Positions 11,222 through 24,494 of a stretch of DNA of 64,000 bases are shown here, piece after piece. The DNA lies in assembly GCA_030704615.1 (NCBI GenBank), contig CM060731.1:53196001-53260000 (forward strand), written 5' to 3'. Below the pieces are notes generated by a model that worked only from the letters and a program-made list of their open reading frames with translations, ran no database searches and was not told the DNA's origin. Within the stretch, counting starts at the first letter, position 1, and each line of letters starts with the position of its first letter. The translations under genes were made by a program, and so were the position numbers. This DNA comes from Takakia lepidozioides (lineage: Eukaryota; Plantae; Bryophyta).

Positions 11222-14200
11222 ATGGTGAGAGTAAGTGGGACAGGGGGTTCATGTATGCGGCAAGCATGGCAATTCATTCCGGCCGTGGGGAAAGCTACAC
11301 CAATGAGCCTATCTGTTGCAGTACCGACGCGCGCATCCTTGAACCATTTCACTACCCCTGTCTCTAGTATGCAAGTCTCGCTTTCATTGCCTTCAAAAAA
11401 CAAGCAGTTTTCACCCTCCAAGTTTTTTGAAAAGATTGCTACAAGATTTGGATCCAAGGAGCCAGCGGCTCCCAAGAAAGATGACAATCTAACGGAGACT
11501 CTGGAGGGAAGCTCTAAGGAAATTGAGGACGGGGTCTTTTGCGATCCTCAGATGCGAGAGAACATTATTGGCACACTCCAAGAGGAGACAATCAGAGCTG
11601 GTATTGTGATTCCGCAGACGATTGCGGAGGGCGAGGAAATTGCATCAGTCACAGAAGATGACAGAGACTCGTCAATTCTTTGGGAACAGAGAGAGAAGGA
11701 CGTGAAGGCGGAGAGAGAGAGGCGCGTATTTACCAGCCCAGGCTTCAGCTTTTCAGCGGCAGGCTTGCTGTTCCCCTACCATTTGGGCGTCTGCCAATGC
11801 CTCTTTGATAATGACTACATTACGGTATGTCCTTCATCTTCATGTGCTACAAGCGATCCTGAATGCAGTATTTGATCGAATTTTCCACATTTCTCTCGCG
11901 AAAGTGGCCGACCTTGTACTGAAACTCTTGGGAACTTCCATTTCGAGTAAGAATGTACTTCGGTGCAGCAAGAATCAACATCCAGATTGCATCTAGGTTA
12001 GTTGAGCAGATAAAGTTAACCTTTGGGGACTGGTTTGCCTAGGACTCAGTGATTTTGTATCCCATAGTAGTCTCTTTTCTAAGGAAGGAGAGACTGGATA
12101 AGAAAACTAGACTTGCGACATTTGTCATAGATGGGCAATTGCTCTGTATCCATTCCCTTGATCCTCGTCCCTGGAGCTTTGCCAAGCTGGTGACAATTAA
12201 CAGGTTTATGTTGTATATTCTTGGAATGATAGTACATGCAATGGCAGAAGTCAGAGTGTAGGAGAGTCTTCCAGGATGGGAATATGAGGCACTCTGCTGG
12301 AACAAGTCTTTTTCCAAGATTAGAGGAATACAAAACCTTAGACCAAAGCAGAGAATGCAAAAATTGAATGATGTAATAGAATGTAGAATAATATCACCCA
12401 TGGAGTTGTAAGGAGTCTGCATGTCAATTGAAGTGAAAGCCAAGATGTCTATCTCGTGTGCAGATAACTGGTATCTGAGATGTAATACCAGCACCCCCTT
12501 GGGGAGTAGAAGGAGCTCCTGCGAGTCAAAGTGACTCAACATAGCTGCAGGTTTCGCTGTCAAATGAGATCATATGCCCAAAACCCAAGATGGTTACCAC
12601 ATGTGGTTGTTGAACATTTCGCATTGGACATGAACAGACGGTCTTTCTGCATAGGTTTAGTTATCACTGTGACATTGGGGATGGTGGTCGACTTATATGA
12701 AGAAATTTTAAAATTTTGAGGATGAGAAAGCAGGCCGGGTGGGCAAAAGGGGCCCATTCAGCATGCGTGTCAGAGAGTTGGATCAGGCAGATGCTTTGAT
12801 GGTAGTGGTTTGTGAGTTGTGTTCGGGTTGAGTTTGTACAAAAAGAGTGAGTCCAGGAAGGTGTGGGACTACACAGGAGGATACACCACTGGCTGGGTCA
12901 TCAGCTGGGGCCCTTGTGTGCGCAATTGTTGGGGGAGGCGTCAACATGTATGAAGCTCTTCAGGCTACAAAAGAGCTGGCCCATGACTGCCGCGCAAACG
13001 GCACTGCTTTTCGTCTTGGGGTAGGGCTCTTCTCCATACTAACACTTCCTGCCCTTTTCATGTTTGAGGTTCTCCACTTCTTCTGAATGCTTCTTTCCAT
13101 TGTTGATGCTATCTTTACCAGGGTAGATCTCAGTGAGGGAGAGACACAGGTTTTCAGTACTACAACCCTAGGTTACCCTCATATAGTGTCAGTTCACTCT
13201 GGGTAGGTAGATCCTCACAATCTATATTGTGTCATGACTATCCAATTTTCGATGAATGGAGTGGTCTCTGCGTGATTGGGACGTCTGGTGAGCTCAGTGT
13301 CAACCTTCTAAGTTGTTGGAACTTTCTACGTATATGCACATCACAGCAGACAATTAGCATTGGATGCTTTCTTTTGTCGTATGGATTTTCTGTTCAAGAG
13401 GACCTTGTAGCCAACAGGCTCTTAACTGGGCATTCTGTGGCGGTTCTTAAAAGGGTAAGGAACAAATAAAGAGGCACAAAGTGGAAACTGCAGGTCACGA
13501 GACCAGTAACCACTGGGGATACTTCTTGACAAGCAGAGAGTAAGGCCATGTGCTCTGAACCATATCCTTTCTGTTATAGAGGTGAGATGCTTCATGTTCC
13601 CAGCCACAGTTATGATTGTTTGTTAGGAGTGAATACTGAAGTTAGTGCTTTGTACGTTACATGCAGGCTGTGTTGAGACTTTTCCTTCAGAAGTTTCTGC
13701 CCGATGATGTACATGAAAAAGTGAATGGCAGGATTCGGGGTAAACACTCCATCGTAACTTTCCCATCTCTTGTTTCTTCTAGGAGTGCAATTTGGGCAGA
13801 GTTGTCGCCTTGGAGAAACACTTTGGCTTCCCTTTGTGTAGGAGTAAACCATTTAACAGCAGAGTCCAAGGATGCTTTCCAGGTACACTTATTTCGCTGC
13901 ATTGCCAGATAAGTTCAGGCTTACTGGAAGATTTCACGGGCAAGCCCCTGTACTGTTACTCACCAAAGTAGCCAGTGGCCTAAATACGCTTAGATAGGTG
14001 GCATCATGTGGAATGACAACCTGAATGCACCTATGGATACTAGGATTTGGTATGGATACAGTAATTTTTGAACCAGACCCCTGTAACTACCCAGATTGCC
14101 GGGTATGAAGGCAGAGGGGTTTCAGAGAGAAAAGCAACCTTCTCATTGATGTAAGGAGAGATTAGCCACACGCAAGGGGAGCCCGACATGGTCAATTTCC

Positions 14201-16142
14201 TCGCCAATTGGGCACCTAGGGGCATAGGAGAACAGTCAGTTGGCAGGTGACTGTTAACAAGTGTCTCCTTCAAACATGAGGCAGTAGCCACAGCTGGTCA
14301 CAGATGCACTGAAAGCCTGTGTTATTCTTCTTGTTCAAGGAGGGACGTTGGCCGTGCTGACAAATTAGAGAACCCACAGCAGAAACGATCTGTGGCTTAC
14401 TGTAAGTATGTAAAACTTTTTGTGATTGTTGGGTGCAGTTGGGATTACACAAGTATTCCGGCAGCCAAGGGGGCTCTTAGTGGATTCCTTTGACTCAAAA
14501 GAGGACCTCATTAATGCACTTCATACATCGTGTTTCATACCTGGGTATGGTCTTTCTGAACAACCAGATTTGGTCACACAATTACATTTCCAATCTTCAA
14601 ATTGTTTTATGAAATGTTTTTAGTTATCATTTTTCTTTCCTTGATATTCTGTACTTGATCAGTCTACTGTTTGTGGGCTACTTTTGTCTTGTAAGCCTGT
14701 CTTATTTCTTGCATCAAAGAATTCTAGTGGAATATTTAGCAATTACAAGAGAAGATATACCCTTGCAGCTGTATACCATTTGGCACAGACTTGGCCAATG
14801 AGACTACCATTAGAGTTCAAATCTGTCATAGCTCTCGCAGAGCCAGGGGCGAATTGTAGTTGTACTCTAGCGTGTAGAATCCAGGGCCTTCTATAAAAGA
14901 GAAGCTCATTGTCAAGAGAAAAGATCTTTACTACTTTGGACAAGTGTTTTTCATACCCACCAATTGACCTGCTGGGCAATCCCACATGCATAGGAACACA
15001 TGTCTCCTGGCCCCATATGGGTCAAATCTACCTTCATCTCTTGAGTACAGGTGCCAAGGGGGCTAGGATTGGATGTCTAGGTACTTTGCACCAAGGCCGG
15101 TGACTGTATTTCGGGATCGCGTGTGCATTGATGGAGGTGTAACAATGTTCATGCCACCTACGGCTGCTGACGAAACAGTATGTGCCCATGTTCACCTGTA
15201 AATTTCTCTTTTTCATGAGAATACCAGTACATGGAACAGCTGGTTGAAGGTTAACTTGTCAGTGCTTGGCCTTGTGTCTAAAAATTCTCGGGACCCAGAC
15301 ATGGTATTCCTGACCCTACTTTCATATGAGTTGAAGTCAGTACTACTTTTGACTAAGCTGTTGTTTCTAACTGTAGGTGTGGGTGTGTGCCTTCCCTTCA
15401 TTCTTGAGAGGCACAGGTATCAGTCCTGATTGCAATCCATCAGAAGGTCGTGCCAATACCAGACAGGTTTGTGCATTATTGGTTACCTTGTTATTTTTGA
15501 AGTGCTATAGTGTGTGTTTCTCCTTCAGCAGGCTCAAAAGCTAAGAATTCATTACTCGGTGGCTTCATGCCAAAGTTCACAAATCCACTCCAGCTTGGCA
15601 TTTGGTTCCAAGGATGATTCAGAATAACAGAAGGCATCACAGTTCCTGCGTCAGATGAGCCATCCTCCCCCCCCCCCCCAACACTGAGTTACACCCCATT
15701 CTTCAGAGTCTCTTGCTTTAAAAGATTGGGGGTACATGTGACCCTGTTAAAATCCATGTGTCAAAAGGTGATGATCCAGATTGCTGGAATTTGTCATGCT
15801 GAGATTGGGAAGGTTTTGTGAACACCAACACTTTCTACAGTATTAAGTGGCAGTTCTGAATTTAAAGTGGGTGGGCTGGACCATAGATGCAGAGAACATG
15901 GTTACAGACTTGAAAGTTGTATTGAAGTACGCACTCAGGTAAAGCTGAAGGGTTCTAATAACGTTTTGATTTTGTGGCAGCTCTTCAATTGGGCCCTGGA
16001 ACCGGCACAAGATGATATTCTGGACGATCTTTTTGCCTTAGGCTACCAAGATGCGCTGGTGTGGGTCAAACAGAACTCTTCTACTCGAAGGCAAAATGGA
16101 GAGCCTCTTTCTCAAAGTCTGAACATGGCTCCTCCCTCGTAA
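11222..16142 (+). CDS. Patatin-like (ATGL/PNPLA-like) lipase, 7 coding exons, long N-terminal extension (probable organellar transit peptide)
   Basis: Exons 11222-11824, 12877-13020, 13667-13739, 14439-14544, 15081-15177, 15377-15466 and 15981-16142 join in phase at GT-AG sites. Motifs FSAAGLLFPYHLGV, GSSAG (GxSxG nucleophile), SCFIPGY and CIDGG. Confidence 0.92.
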
Positions 16143-19100
16143 GGTCCAAAGTTGGACATTGAATTCTGAGGCTGAACCTGCAAGGTCAATACTGTCTATA
16201 ATAGTTTACATTTAGTAGTGTAACAGACTGTAGCTGATTGACGAATGCTTGGAAAACCTTGGCTTGTCTGACCAAAGGCATTGGGGTTAACCCTCCATGT
16301 CATCAGCTGACAATTGGCATGAGCTGGAGGGCAGCCCAGACAGGCAGGCAGCCATGCGCCCGTCATGCATCCCATTCATGATTGCATTCTGGGCCAGAAA
16401 CATTGGCAAAATAGACCATATAGTGTATTATAGCTAGGTTGGAAGCAGTTGAAAGACACTAGGTTGAGATCTGGTCCAAAACAAAAGAACAATATTTCCG
16501 TTTGCTCTATCTCATGGTATTCTTTCAAAAAGTATACAGCAGTTCTGGAACATCAGCTTTTTGGTTTTTATGTTCTTGTGTTCGTGAAGACTGTTCATTT
16601 GTAGAGGGTTGTTGGCCCTGCCTTCAGCAGGTAGCCTACCCATTCAGTTGCATGGAAGGACCTTAAGACCTGATATCTTTGAGAGGGTCCCCGCTAGGCA
16701 GAGGTTCCTTTTGTTCTTTATGTGTTCCATTTATGGCTGAATGTGGATACTAGGAGATCAACTTAGTAGATGAATCTCCAATGCATCCCACATCAACAGA
16801 GGAAGGAGAATCTCTAGTGAAGCAGGGCCTACGTTTATGTCACGCCTTGTTACAGTTACCAACATACAAAGCGCCAGCTAGGGTTTAGGGTGTATAAGGT
16901 GGGAGTCTAGAAAGCCACCCTCAAGGCAAGTTGATATGGAAATGAAGGTGATACAATGTGATCCCCATACTTGGCTGACTGGACTCCCAGCAGAAAAGGA
17001 AACCTGGGCTTGGTGTGTACTGCCCTCTCTGTATACAGGAAGTGCAAAGGGTAAGAAACTCGGCCGAGCTGCATGCAAAGTGGAGCTCTCTCAGCTAAAC
17101 GAAGTATTACAGATGAGAACAGTAAAAGAAAGAAGCATAGAGCTTCAGTCAGTTCATGGTAGCGTCGATGCTTACTGTACAGACGCTGTCAATGGATGGT
17201 GGCACTCCTGTAGCAGGAAAGCAGAGATCACTCGCTCAGATGACTGCAAGGAGATGAGATGAAACAGAGGTAAATTTGACATGTAGTGAGAAGTGCAGTG
17301 GCAAGGGTGCGAGAGCGGGCAGCCTCTCATTTTGGTGACGTTTGGGGGACGGGAGGAGAGAGAGATGATGTGTCCTTGGAAAGGACTGAAGGAAAGAGAC
17401 GTACAAAATGCGACAGCAAATGATAGTTCAGTCCTGTGTGCGATCCTTGAAGCTGGATGATCGTTTGCCATGTATAGAGGAGCTTGTTGCTTCTGTCTCT
17501 TTCTCAGTCACCGGCGAGAATGGCAGCTTCTTCCGGCGTTCGCCTGCCCACTCCAAACACAAGGCCCTGTCCTCTCGCTTCGGTCATGCGAGAGCTCTTG
17601 CGTCATGCAGCGGATTAAAGAGCTGGGCTGTGGAGCTGAAAGTGGCATCCCACTTGGCAATGCGCAGAAGACGGAGTCCCTTGCATGTGGTAACTGGGGC
17701 GCCTTCAGGGGAGTCATTCAAACTAGGTGAGAACAAGAAACACTTGCCCGTTTCCTTTTCGGGGGTTCGCTGTGTTGTATGCGCCTTAGGATGCACGCGT
17801 GAAATTGTCTTCTACGCAATTTAGCAGAAACGAATGTACTCTGGGCAATGAAGCAAGAAAGTGCCCGGGATAGTTACACAAGGCCGATAACTTGATATAT
17901 CTGACGCGTAGGTCAACGCTGGAGCATGGAACAGCGCTGGCAGGAGTTTCTTAAAGATCCTTCACAATGGTACAGTAGCGTTGACAAGGTGGGTTTTCTT
18001 CATGGAGGATGTGAAGGAATCTGAGGGAGTTTGACTGAACTCTGGTATGATCATACTGTGTGGACTGGATTGTACCCCTAGTTGTTGAGTGAAGTTAGAA
18101 TCTCGCTTTGCTCTGCAAAAATTGATTTTACAGTCCTTATGGTAGGTCGTTCTTCCTGAGGGCATGAAAGTAGGATGCGCAAGGTCTATTCACTGGAGCT
18201 TGCAAGGTACTTGGGAGGGTTGAGACTGACACTGCTCAGCTGCTCTCTGGTCGTTTTCACGGACCGCTCCCAAATGTCCAGCCTACAGAGACATAAGCTT
18301 GTTGTTGAAAGCTCACTAGCACTCCACAAAGAAACTTGTCGAAATGTTGATGCTGTTGGATGTTTGGGCACGAAGGTCTACTGCGGAGCATGGAGCAGTG
18401 CTGGCATAATTTTCTTAAAGGTCCTTCACAATGGTGGAACAACTGCAATTGTAAGGTGTGGCTTTTTTAATGTACGATGTGAAGAAGTTTGTCCATTTTG
18501 CAAATGTGGGCTCTTCCAGTCAGTATCATGACTTGCTGTCTTTCCTGTTTACAAGGTACTTGGGAGGGTCAGCTTGGTTTTAGGAGGCTGTATTTAAATC
18601 TATGGCTGCTCAGCTGCACCATGTTGGATCTCACAGACAAGTCCGAGATCACCCGACTACAGACGCAAGCAGCACACACAGGAGGTCCTTTGGGGTTGAT
18701 GGTGGGTTGAATTCCCTGTGGGTGAAAGAAAAGCTAGCTGCTTTCATGACACCAGGTCAAGGACAATGTGGTGAGGGCACCTTCTTCTGCATTGCACCTG
18801 TTTTGCACTCTTATCAGAGTTGTCCCTAATTTTCATGTTGAATTCTGCAAGCTCGTTGGGTGGATTTATGGTGGTTGGGAGTGATTTTTCTTAACTGCAT
18901 GTGGCAACAGGAAATTATCCAAAAACAGATAGCAGAGACGAGGTGAAGCTTTGGAATGAATATTCTTTGGACCCAAGTCAATGGTGGGACAATCGAGGCG
19001 AAAAGGTGAATGCCTGTTAGGTTATGGAGAGAAGCAGACAACAAGATGGATTGCAAAGAATTCTTGGCCCGGCACATTTTTAAAGTCTTGGGAGCAATTC

Positions 19101-19208
19101 AGCTAGTGTGTGATAAGTACGGTCGAGGTGTTTGCTAGAACAATTTTATGCTGTCATTGTCAGCTGGCAAGGCAAGGATGTGTACATTATTGGGATCTGA
19201 AGGAGCAG

Positions 19209-22134
19209 GGATGGAGTGTGGGTCCAGAATCATCCAAGAGGGCTGGATTTCAAGCACAAGATTACCTATGATTTCCTGTGGATCAGTAGCTACAAGAAAC
19301 CTGCATGGGTAGATAGTCAACTGGGAGCAGCAGCACAGTTGATACAATCAGGCACCTCCACCATGACCAGAGTGTCCGAAAGAGGACCAAGAGAGGGAGT
19401 CCAGAATCCCTCTTCCGGTACTTGTGGGCATGTGAGGACGCTATGTGAGGCAGGGCGACTGAAAGAGGCTCTACAGACTCTAAACCAAGGAGGAATTTCA
19501 GCAGATTCAGATACCTATGTTCGACTCTTGCACAAGTGCATCAAGATGAATGGCCTGGAAGCTGGAAAGCAGGTGCACTCTCACATTATCAAAAGTGGAT
19601 TCAAGCCAAATGTCTTTCTACACAACACCCTTGTCAACATGTATGTTAAGTGCGGCAGCATTGTGGATGCACACCAAATGTTCAGCAAAATGCCTCAACG
19701 TGATCTGATCACATGGAATATAATGATGGCAGGATTTACCAAGCATGGGTGTGGTGAGAAAACCTTGGAGACATATGAGGAATTGATTCGGGAAGGTGTG
19801 AAGCCTGACCAAATCACGTTTGTTTGCCTTTGCAATGCATTGACGAGCCTGGCAGATCTGGAAAGGGGCATAGAGGTCCATGGTGACATTGTTAAAGCCG
19901 GAATTGTACCAGATGTCATTCTCAACACTGCCCTGATGAAAATGTATGCCAAATGTGGGAGCATCAAGGATGCGAAGGGAGTGTTTGACAAAATGGCTGA
20001 ACGAGATGTGGTGTCATGGAATGCAATGATCACAGGATATGCCCAGGATGGGTCCAGGATGGAGGCTTTGGAGACCTATGAGCAAATGATGCGGGAAGGG
20101 GTGAAGCCCGACGGGGTCACGTTTGTTTGTGTTTGCAATGTATGTGCGAGCCTGGCAGCCCTGGAGAAGGGCAAAGAGGTCCATGGTGACATGATCAAAG
20201 CTGGAATTGTACCGAGTGTCATTCTGAACACTGCCCTGGTGGACATGTATGCCAAATGCGGCAGCATCAAAGATGCAGAGGGAGTGTTCGACAATATGGT
20301 TGAACGAAATGTGGTGTCTTGGAATGCGATGGTCGCAGGATATGCACAGCAGGGGTATGGGAAGAAGGCTTTGGAGACCTATGAGCAAATGATGCGGGAA
20401 GGGGTGAACCCGGACCAGGTTACATTCATTTGTGTTTGCAATGCGTGTGCAAGCCTGTCAGCCCTGGAAAAGGGCAAAGAGGTCCATGGTTACATCATGA
20501 AATTGGGAATTGTTCCAGATCTTATTCTGAACAATACCCTCATGGACATGTATGCCAAATGTGGCAGCATCGATGCTGCAAAGGGAGTGTTTGACAATAT
20601 GGCTGAACGAGATGTGGTGTCCTGGAATGCGATGATTGCAGGATATGCCCAGCATGGGTGCGGGATGGAGGCTTTGAAGACCTATGAGCAAATGATGCAT
20701 GAAGGGGTGAAGCCGGACCAGGTCACATTCATTTGTGTTTGCAATGCATGTGTGAGCCTGTCAGCCCTGGAAAAGGGTCAAGAGGTCCATGGTGACATTG
20801 TCAAAGCTGGAATTGTGCCAGATGTCATTCTGAACACTTCCCTTATGAAAATGTATGCCAAATGTGGGAGCATCGAGGATGCGAAGGGAGTGTTTGACAA
20901 TATGGCCGGACGTGATGTGGTGTCATGGAATGTGATGATCGCAGGATATGCACAGCAGGGGTGCGGGATGAAGGCTTTGGAGGCATATGAGCAAATGATG
21001 GGGGAAGGGGTGAAGCCCAACAATGTCACATTTGTTTGCATTTGCAATGCGTGTGCAAGGCTGGCAGCCCTGGAAAACGGCAAAGAGGTCCATGGTGACA
21101 TCATCAAAGCTGGAATTGTACCAGATGTCATTCTGAACACTGCCCTGATGAACATGTATGCCAAATGTGGGAGCATCAAGGATGCGAAGGGAGTGTTTGA
21201 CAATATGGCTGAACGCAATGTGGTGTCCTGGACCTCGATGATTGCAGGATATGTGCAGCATGGGTGCGGGATGGAAGCTTTGGAGACCTATGAGCAAATG
21301 ATGCAGGAAGGGGTGAAGCCGGACCAGGTCACGTTCATTTGTGTTTGCAACGCGTGTGCGAACCTGTCAGCCCTGGAAAAGGGCAAAGAGGTCCATGGTG
21401 ACATCATCAAAGCGGGAATTGTACCAGATGTCACTCTGAGCAGTGCCCTGGTGGACATGTATGCCAAATGCGGCAGCATCGAAGATGCAGAGGGGGTGTT
21501 CGACAATATGGCCGAACGAAATGTGGTGTCCTGCAACGCGATGATTGCAGGATATGCACAGCATGGTTATGATATGGAGGCCCTGCAACTATTGGAAGAA
21601 ATGCAAGTGGAAGGCTTGAAGCTTGACAGTATCACTTTTCTATGTGTTCTCTCTGCATGCAGCCATGCTGGCCTAGTGGATGAAGGCAAATACTACTTTG
21701 ACTCCCTCAGTCAAGATCATGGCATCACTCCGGCAGTGCAGCACTTTGTCTCCATGGTGGACCTTCTTGGCCGTGCGGGTCGATTGAATGAGGCAGAGGA
21801 TTTCATTAACAGAATGCCTATCAAACCCAATGCTGTGGTATGGATGGCCTTGCTGGGTGCCTGCAGAATGCACGGCAATGTGGAGATGGCTGAACGTGCA
21901 GCAACATCTATTCTCAAGTGGAATGAACAGGACGCTGCAACTTATGTGTTGCTATCAAACATCTACGCTGCAGCTGGCAGGTGGGATGATAGTGCAAAGG
22001 TGAGAAAAATGATGAAGGTCAGAGGGGTTAGAAATGAGCCAGGTCGCTGCTGCACGGAGGTCAGCAACAGGGTGCACACCTTTGTTGTAGATGAGAAATT
22101 GCATCCAAAAATTGTGGAAATGCAGCTGAGATGA
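19209..22134 (+). CDS. PLS-class PPR protein ending shortly after the PG box (E+-type); main exon, first ATG at 19363
   Basis: Uninterrupted ORF of about 2.9 kb with 23 L/S/P motifs, E1, E2 and PGRCCTEV...HPK, then TGA at 22132 where the paralogue at 5678 has AGA. Acceptor-like gcag at 19205-19208. Confidence 0.92.
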
Positions 22135-22451
22135 TTGTCTGGGCAGATGTTGAATTCAAAGTGTCAGTTGATGACAGTCACGTAAACAGGGTATGTGCCT
22201 ATTGCATGATGAGGGGAGGAGCAGAAGAGATTTTCTCTTTCCCACCACAGTGACAGGCTGGCCATTGGTTTTGGGCTGATCAGCATGTACCTAGGATGCC
22301 TCGCTGTCATCATGAATCTCAGGTATGTGGTGACTGACACACCTCCACCAAGTTCATCTCAAAGATTGCTGGCTGAGGAATTGTTGTATGGGATGCCAAC
22401 CAGTTTCACCACTTCGAAGATGGGGTTTGTTATTGTGGCGATTACTGGTGA
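22135..22451 (+). pseudogene. Decayed DYW domain remnant downstream of the PPR stop codon
   Basis: LSGQM, GYVP, LHD, HSDRLAIGFGLIS, CGD*H, KFISKIAG* and FHHFEDGVCYCGDYW* are recognisable but broken by indels and stops. Confidence 0.9.
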
Positions 22452-23074
22452 AAAGATGTTTTCCTGGAAAGGTGCAAGTGTCTTGCTTCATTCATGATCT
22501 GCGTAGCTTCTTCTTCCATACACCATCAATCCTGGAATATTGGCTATGACGGACTGCTGAGGCATTTCCTCTGGCATATCAACCTTCCAAGAGTCCATTG
22601 AAGGGTCTACCCAGCATAGGTGGAATGTCAGCCCATAAAGGACTTGAGCAGGTAATGAGGAAAGGGGGTATTTTATGCTAGAGCATTAACCAAAATGGGC
22701 AGGAGATGAACCGCTCCACGTCCGTTCTTTCTCAGACATCAAGAATTAACAACATAAACTGTGGTGATGGTTCAGAATATGAAACCACTTTCCTCCACCT
22801 TATACAGATGTTCTTCATGAAATACTTGAGATACTGGAAAGTTGCAAGGTCTATGCCTACAAAGTTGCTCTGGTACGCAACAAATCAGAAATATGGGGGT
22901 TGTATTTGCATCCATTATTCACCCTGTACTGCATATGTATTGGCCCTCTAGGTGGAAACTCTGAAAATTCATAACCAATTCAAAAGAAGTCCATTGAGTT
23001 TGGCTTTGAATGCACTAGTCTATTACTGAAAATTATAAACAAACTTGTTTTTTGATACCCTAACCCATTTTTTT

Positions 23075-24017
23075 CTTTGGAAATAGGCCGGGGACAACCT
23101 GGATTGTCCAGTGTGTCGGATTGTCCAGAGTGTAATAACGGCCTGGAAACAATTGAGCACTGCTTAATCCTATGTCCTAAAGCTCGTAGGATCTGGACTA
23201 AAGTATGCCAACTTTACTCTGCCTGGACCTCCCTCCCTGCCTCGCCGGACCCCTCGTTCTTCCTACTCAACCACAGGGGTGATCTCGATAAAATGCCGGG
23301 TGTGGGCCTGCCTTAGAGCACACACACTTTGGCTTATCTGGAAAGCAAGATGCTCTTGGGTTTATGAGGGGAAACCCCCCAGCGGCAGATCCATATTTTA
23401 AAAATCTATTGGGATCTGATGACTGAGGGGAGGAAAGCTTGGATGTCTTTGTGTGCAGCTCTTCCCAGAGCTTCGGACCAACGGAGGAGGAAATTTCATT
23501 GTAACTTTGACCTCACCTGGGGTAAGGGCAGCTTGCTTGGCTCCCGTCTTTCCGACCCGCACTTCCATTGGCCCGCCATCCCCACGCAATAGGAAGTCCC
23601 TGGTGATGGGGAGGAGGGTGACTGCAACTGGCACCACCGCCGTGCTCGCGACCCCAAGCTCAAGACATAGCTTCAATTCTACTTTCTAGCTTCTTGGTTA
23701 TGAAACTCTTCTCCGTGTCCAGCATTTTTCTCGTGCTCCCTCATCAGCCCCCGTCTTTTCCTGCCTTTTCCCACCTTCGCCACAGAACTCTGATTTCTGC
23801 TTATGTGGGACCTTCGCCGGTTTCATCCTGTTCTCTTGTTCTCGGGACTTGATATTCACTTCATTCTCTTTTGCTAGATTGCAAGGTTCCAGGGAGGGGT
23901 CCCCACTGTAAGCCTTCACGGCCTCAATGGTGGTTATTTTTTCCACCATCTAATTTCGAGGGCTTCCATCCCCTCTTCTATAAAAAAGAAAATTAAGAAA
24001 AAATTAAAACACAAAAA
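23075..24017 (+). mobile_element. 5'-truncated non-LTR retrotransposon (LINE) 3' fragment
   Basis: CPECNNGLETIEHCLILCPKARRIW is the zf-RVT-type CCHC motif of LINE ORF2. It is followed by LWLIWKARCSWVYEG in a shifted frame and an A-rich tail at about 23980-24017. No target-site duplication was found. Confidence 0.75.
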
Positions 24018-24494
24018 GGCCCCCCCTTCCCTCGGAGGTGATCAATGCATGTTCTCCTATCATGTCCAGCGACTCCTAGGAATGGTTGAAGCCTTTTCAA
24101 TGCAATTTGATAGTTGCTGCAAGTGCTCCCTCAGATCCTGTTGCTGCTCGAATGCAGGCTCTGCTCAAGTATCAGAATCACTTTTAGGTCCAAAATCGCT
24201 TTGTTACATAGCAAATCAGAGTCAAAGCCTTCATCTGTTTGCAAGTTTCTACTGAAGAACCTAGAGAACAACATAGAGTGGCAATGGAGGCCAGAGGGAG
24301 ACAACAAGGGGGGCAGAGAACAAAATTGGCAGGATAAGCTGGCCCTAGCCCTAACTTCGGACAGAATGTGGACAGGCGGTTAAGTGGGTGGTTATTTTGG
24401 GTCTGAACCAAATTTATTGTTTAGTATTACAAATTGCTGAAAATCTAAAGACGTAGCTAGCTACCTTCGCAGTAGCTACAACGTGAACCTTGCC

